This document shows positions 26,788-30,101 of a stretch of 30,101 bases of DNA, in pieces. This DNA is from a virus. Taxonomy: Duplodnaviria > Caudoviricetes. The notes beneath the pieces are model-generated. The model worked only from the letters and a program-made list of their open reading frames with translations, was not told the DNA's origin and made no database searches. Made by a program: the position numbers and the translations under genes. Location: IMG/VR virus record IMGVR_UViG_3300027756_000034, positions 1 through 30,101 of that record, one strand, 5' to 3'. The number at the start of each line of letters is the position of its first letter. Positions within the stretch are counted from its first letter, which is position 1.

Positions 26788-27429
26788 TTATACGACGTTT
26801 AGTTCGTCTTCAACGCTCTCATCAACGTTTTCGTTTCCGTCACCGTTAACAATCTTTTCTAGAAGATCCTTCTGTGCCTGTGGTGCAGCACGAGGAATAA
26901 CTTCTTCGATTGGCTTAGCGGTAGCAATTGCTTCACGCTCAGCTGCGCTAAGTGGGCCCTTTGAATTGAGGCACTTAACAGTTTGAAGAGTGTACTCTAC
27001 GTTAATTGGTAGTGGACCTGTCTTCTTCTTGTTGAACTTTAGAACCCAACCATTTTCTGGGTCAGTTGGATCGCCAAGATCATCAATGTTAGACATGATC
27101 TGATCGAATAGCTTCTTCTTGAAGTTAAAGACAACAGGCTTGTTGTCCTTGTCTAGACCCATCATTGAATACGACCAGCTGCACTTAAGATCTGGGAAGT
27201 ATTCCTTTACCCAATCCTTCTCAGCCTTGTCGAAAGACTCTGTTTCACGATTGAACTCTAGGCATTCAAAAGGTAGGTTTTTACCATTGGTTCCCTTAAT
27301 CCAGTATACATACCGTGGAAGAATATTCCCAAAAAGACGAACTGAGTTGTCGCCGTCTACATACTTATACTGGTCAGCCTTTTCTTTCTTTGCTGAACCC
27401 TTAACTGAACCAAAACCGATACCTGCCAT
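26788..27429 (-). CDS. D11: Single-stranded DNA-binding protein (T5 D11-like)
   Basis: ILPRYVYW, PFECL.F.RE.E.F, KKKLF.QI, K.KTGPLP.NVEY, acidic C-terminal tail; AGGAGA SD before ATG 27429. Confidence 0.88.
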   Translation of the reverse strand: MAGIGFGSVKGSAKKEKADQYKYVDGDNSVRLFGNILPRYVYWIKGTNGKNLPFECLEFNRETESFDKAEKDWVKEYFPDLKCSWSYSMMGLDKDNKPVVFNFKKKLFDQIMSNIDDLGDPTDPENGWVLKFNKKKTGPLPINVEYTLQTVKCLNSKGPLSAAEREAIATAKPIEEVIPRAAPQAQKDLLEKIVNGDGNENVDESVEDELNVV

Positions 27430-27430
27430 G

Positions 27431-27826
27431 TTATTTCTCCTTTGTGTAATCTTCGTAGTAGAAGTGAATTTCACCATTATCTACCCGAAGTAGTCTGTTT
27501 TTGTTTATAGCGTCTATCCCAATGGGGCTGTGGGCTAGGTCTAAGGTTTTCTTTCCTGTAGCTTTGTATTCCCCTAAGCTACGAAAGCTTGCTAATCCTA
27601 CATAGTCTCCGATCTCTTTTTTCTTCCATCGGAAACTATTCTGTAGGAGATCATAAGGATTTATCAGGAAACTAGTCCCTGAGAAATCCTCATAAAAGTA
27701 TTTATAAGTTGGATCCCATCTGTTCTTAGGAATAGTCGTGTTTAGCATTGTATCTAGAATAAGTATTATCCTAGAGGAACTACCTCCCGACTTCCTATAT
27801 ATCTTCTTCCAACTATAGAGTAACAT
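27431..27826 (-). CDS. Conserved T5-like hypothetical protein between D10 and D11
   Basis: 131 aa; G.SFL.NP, Y.GLAS.R...EY and N.LL....I.F..E patterns; expected position. Confidence 0.8.
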   Translation of the reverse strand: MLLYSWKKIYRKSGGSSSRIILILDTMLNTTIPKNRWDPTYKYFYEDFSGTSFLINPYDLLQNSFRWKKKEIGDYVGLASFRSLGEYKATGKKTLDLAHSPIGIDAINKNRLLRVDNGEIHFYYEDYTKEK

Positions 27827-27863
27827 ATTACCAAAAATTGAGCTTCATGTCAAGAACTATTTT
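27825..27863 (-). promoter_or_regulatory. sigma70-type promoter
   Basis: On the - strand: AAAATAGTTC-TTGACA (27853-27848), 17-bp spacer, TAATAT (27830-27825). Confidence 0.7.
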
Positions 27864-29161
27864 ATGAAGTTAATTTCATAGCCCTGTTTCATGTAATGCC
27901 CAAGCCTGTTATTAAACTGATTGTTCACGGTCCAGCCCTCTAGTTTAATATCAACTACTACTGGATCAAGCTTACCCTCTGCCTGTCGCTGAATACGACC
28001 TATAAGCTGTTCTAACAGCGGCATATTATTTAAAGGAGTTCCTAGAATAATACAACTTAGAGGGTTAATAGAAATACCTTCTGAGACTAAGCTCTGTGTA
28101 GACCACAGTTGCTTTACTTCACCAGAAGAGATTTTATTTATAACTTCTTCTCTTTGATCTTCCTTTAGCGCACCAATAAGAACTTCAGAAGGATACTCCG
28201 AAGCTTCGGAACATTCCTTTAGAAACTCTACTCGATCAGACACGATAAGAACCTTGTGGCCAAGAGACGCATAATGATCTGCTAGACGAACTACTAGATT
28301 CTTATAGAGATAGGACTCTTTTAGTACGTTGACTTTTTCAGCCCAAGAAGCGTTAGTATTCGAGAAGGCTACACCGCTATTGATAACATCTACAGTTGGT
28401 GTCATAGTATTCTCTCTTTCTGGTCTATAAATCTTAGAGCCAAAATAATCCTTGAATACTACGTGCTTCTGATCCTTTCGCTCAATTGTACCCGAAAGTC
28501 CGACCTTGTATCTAGAGAACATAGCATCCACAACTTTGGTAAAAGTAGGGCTACTAACATGGTGCATTTCGTCCACGATTAGTAAACCAAACTCCCTATT
28601 AAGCTGCGGAATATATTTAACTAGTGATTGAATATTAGATACCACAATGGGGCTATCAATATTAAATTTGCCACTACCAATAATACCGGGCTTGATACCC
28701 AGTGTCTTTACTACTTCTTTCTCCCACTGGTTTCTAAGGGCAACAGTATGTGTAACCACCAGTGTTTTCTCTTTTAGTCTTGCTGCAAGAGCAAGCCCGC
28801 AGAATGTCTTACCAAAACCCACCTTAGCGTTGATGATGCAGTTATCCTGCATATCGTACACTATCTCTTTTTGACTTGGCCTCAGTTCAAATTGGAACTT
28901 TGGAAAATCTTCTATATGATTGTATGACCGCTTATCTTCTACTGAATAACCTTTAGGAATTAAATCCGTTCTACCAACCGGAAACGCTACTAGCATCTTT
29001 CCTCCGGCGATATTGAAGTTAATTACCTTCAGGTTTTTAATAATCGTAAATTGATCAGGTGCGTTGTAAGAAGGAACTTTGTACGTAAGTTCCTTCTCTA
29101 ATGCCCGATGCAAAGCTGGCTCTACTACCATGTAGATTTTATTACTTATAATTGCTTTCAT
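27857..29161 (-). CDS. D10: SF2 helicase (T5 D10-like, UvsW/XPB-related)
   Basis: LRPSQ, GFGKT, DEMH, GLSGT..RKD, EGIS, QLIGRIQR; GAGG SD. Confidence 0.93.
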   Translation of the reverse strand: MKAIISNKIYMVVEPALHRALEKELTYKVPSYNAPDQFTIIKNLKVINFNIAGGKMLVAFPVGRTDLIPKGYSVEDKRSYNHIEDFPKFQFELRPSQKEIVYDMQDNCIINAKVGFGKTFCGLALAARLKEKTLVVTHTVALRNQWEKEVVKTLGIKPGIIGSGKFNIDSPIVVSNIQSLVKYIPQLNREFGLLIVDEMHHVSSPTFTKVVDAMFSRYKVGLSGTIERKDQKHVVFKDYFGSKIYRPERENTMTPTVDVINSGVAFSNTNASWAEKVNVLKESYLYKNLVVRLADHYASLGHKVLIVSDRVEFLKECSEASEYPSEVLIGALKEDQREEVINKISSGEVKQLWSTQSLVSEGISINPLSCIILGTPLNNMPLLEQLIGRIQRQAEGKLDPVVVDIKLEGWTVNNQFNNRLGHYMKQGYEINFIK

Positions 29162-29192
29162 AAAACCTCAAATAGGTAGTCGTACTACCCTC

Positions 29193-29873
29193 TTAGCTAA
29201 GACGTCCTAAGACTTCTTCCTTTTTAATAATATAGTTTTTAACTAATTGACTGCGGACAATATCTTCTTTTTGAAATTCTGTAAAATCGAATTCGCCCAT
29301 GGACTTAAGCACTTTGAAAAAGTCTTTAAGTCCATTATTGGCTAGATCGGCTTGTCTCATGTCACCACAGAAATATACTCTACAGTTTTCCTCAAGTCGA
29401 GTAATAATAGAATCTAGTTCATGGTAGCTCATATTCTGACACTCATCAACGATAAGAATGGTATTGTCTAGATTTATACCTCTAACAAACGAAGTAGAGC
29501 TAAAATGAACTACTCCTTTTGCTTTCAGAATTTCGTATGCGTCACCTCGACCCAACAGCTTATTAGCTGTGTCGACATAGGGGGCTTCATAAACAGCAAT
29601 CTTTTCTTTGTCAGTACCTGGTAAAAATCCAATGTTTCTAGTTGGTACTGCACTTCTCATATAGATAAGTTTATCAAACTCTCTATCCTCAAAGATTGCC
29701 TTATATGCTAAATAAGATGCTAACAAGGTTTTGCCTGTACCGGCATACCCCATTAGAACCTGACTCTTGGTACTACCAAGCACTATGGCTTGGTTCTCAG
29801 TAAGTGGTTGCACGTACTTCAAGTAAAATTCTTGTTGCTTTGGCGCAGCACCACTTCGTTTTCTGTTACCCAT
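29193..29873 (-). CDS. phoH: PhoH-family ATPase
   Basis: GYAGTGKT, IGFLPG, FVRG, IVDECQN, GD..QAD, DIVRS.LV. Confidence 0.94.
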   Translation of the reverse strand: MGNRKRSGAAPKQQEFYLKYVQPLTENQAIVLGSTKSQVLMGYAGTGKTLLASYLAYKAIFEDREFDKLIYMRSAVPTRNIGFLPGTDKEKIAVYEAPYVDTANKLLGRGDAYEILKAKGVVHFSSTSFVRGINLDNTILIVDECQNMSYHELDSIITRLEENCRVYFCGDMRQADLANNGLKDFFKVLKSMGEFDFTEFQKEDIVRSQLVKNYIIKKEEVLGRLS

Positions 29874-29879
29874 GATTAC

Positions 29880-30101
29880 TCATACTCTTCTAAAAGAGTC
29901 CTTGCCCTTTTCGAGCGTAAAGTCATAAATTAACCAAGGACACCCTCTAAAGTAGAGTACCCTTGCGTATCTGGCGTCCCCGTAGGGAGGCCTAGGCACA
30001 GAGAAAAAGGAAGTTATTCGTTCTAGCTGAATAACTGTTACACCTTCTTTCTGCTCCATTTGTTTGACCCTATGATGTATAAGGGGCGCATTTATAGTTC
30101 T
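29880..30101 (-). CDS. C-terminal part of a conserved T5-like hypothetical protein (normally between DNA polymerase and D10); truncated by the window
   Basis: Manual translation RTINAPLIHHRVK...FSVPRPPYGDARYARVLYFRGCPWLIYDF...SFRRV*; open to the window edge and absent from the ORF track. Confidence 0.65.
   Translation of the reverse strand, partial: RTINAPLIHHRVKQMEQKEGVTVIQLERITSFFSVPRPPYGDARYARVLYFRGCPWLIYDFTLEKGKDSFRRV

Noticed and set aside
19697-28874. Plus-strand and alternative-frame ORFs within the replication genes (e.g. 23087-23452, 24451-24762, 27119-27493)
   Set aside because: Fully overlap well-conserved genes; no independent coding evidence.
1-30101. Stop-codon reassignment
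   Set aside because: All genes are full length in the standard code, and TAA, TAG and TGA all act as stops.

Overview
A 30-kb segment of a T5-like siphophage (Demerecviridae-type gene order and motifs; family assigned from remembered T5 sequences, not from a search). The + strand (1-19163) is the tail operon: tail completion (5'-truncated), tail terminator, major tail tube, baseplate tube (p140-like), two tail-assembly-chaperone ORFs, a 1721-aa tape measure, distal tail protein, an enlarged 1491-aa hub, and a 1326-aa modular central fibre. It meets the - strand replication and nucleotide-metabolism operon at a bidirectional terminator (19168-19203). The - strand reads: partial conserved gene, phoH, D10 helicase, conserved hypothetical, D11 SSB, D12/D13 (SbcD/SbcC-like), D14, D15 flap nuclease, nrdA, nrdB, glutaredoxin. 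The most notable signals are: (1) a candidate +1 ribosomal frameshift (UUU_CGA) joining the chaperone ORFs; (2) a near-consensus sigma70 promoter firing straight into a strong terminator; (3) a 15-bp motif shared by two promoters; (4) beta-rich decoration domains inserted into the tube and hub; (5) a cassette-like fibre; (6) no collar or L-shaped fibre genes and no dUTPase at their T5 positions, with nrdA-nrdB-grx there instead. I saw no CRISPR array, tRNA, intron, intein or mobile element.
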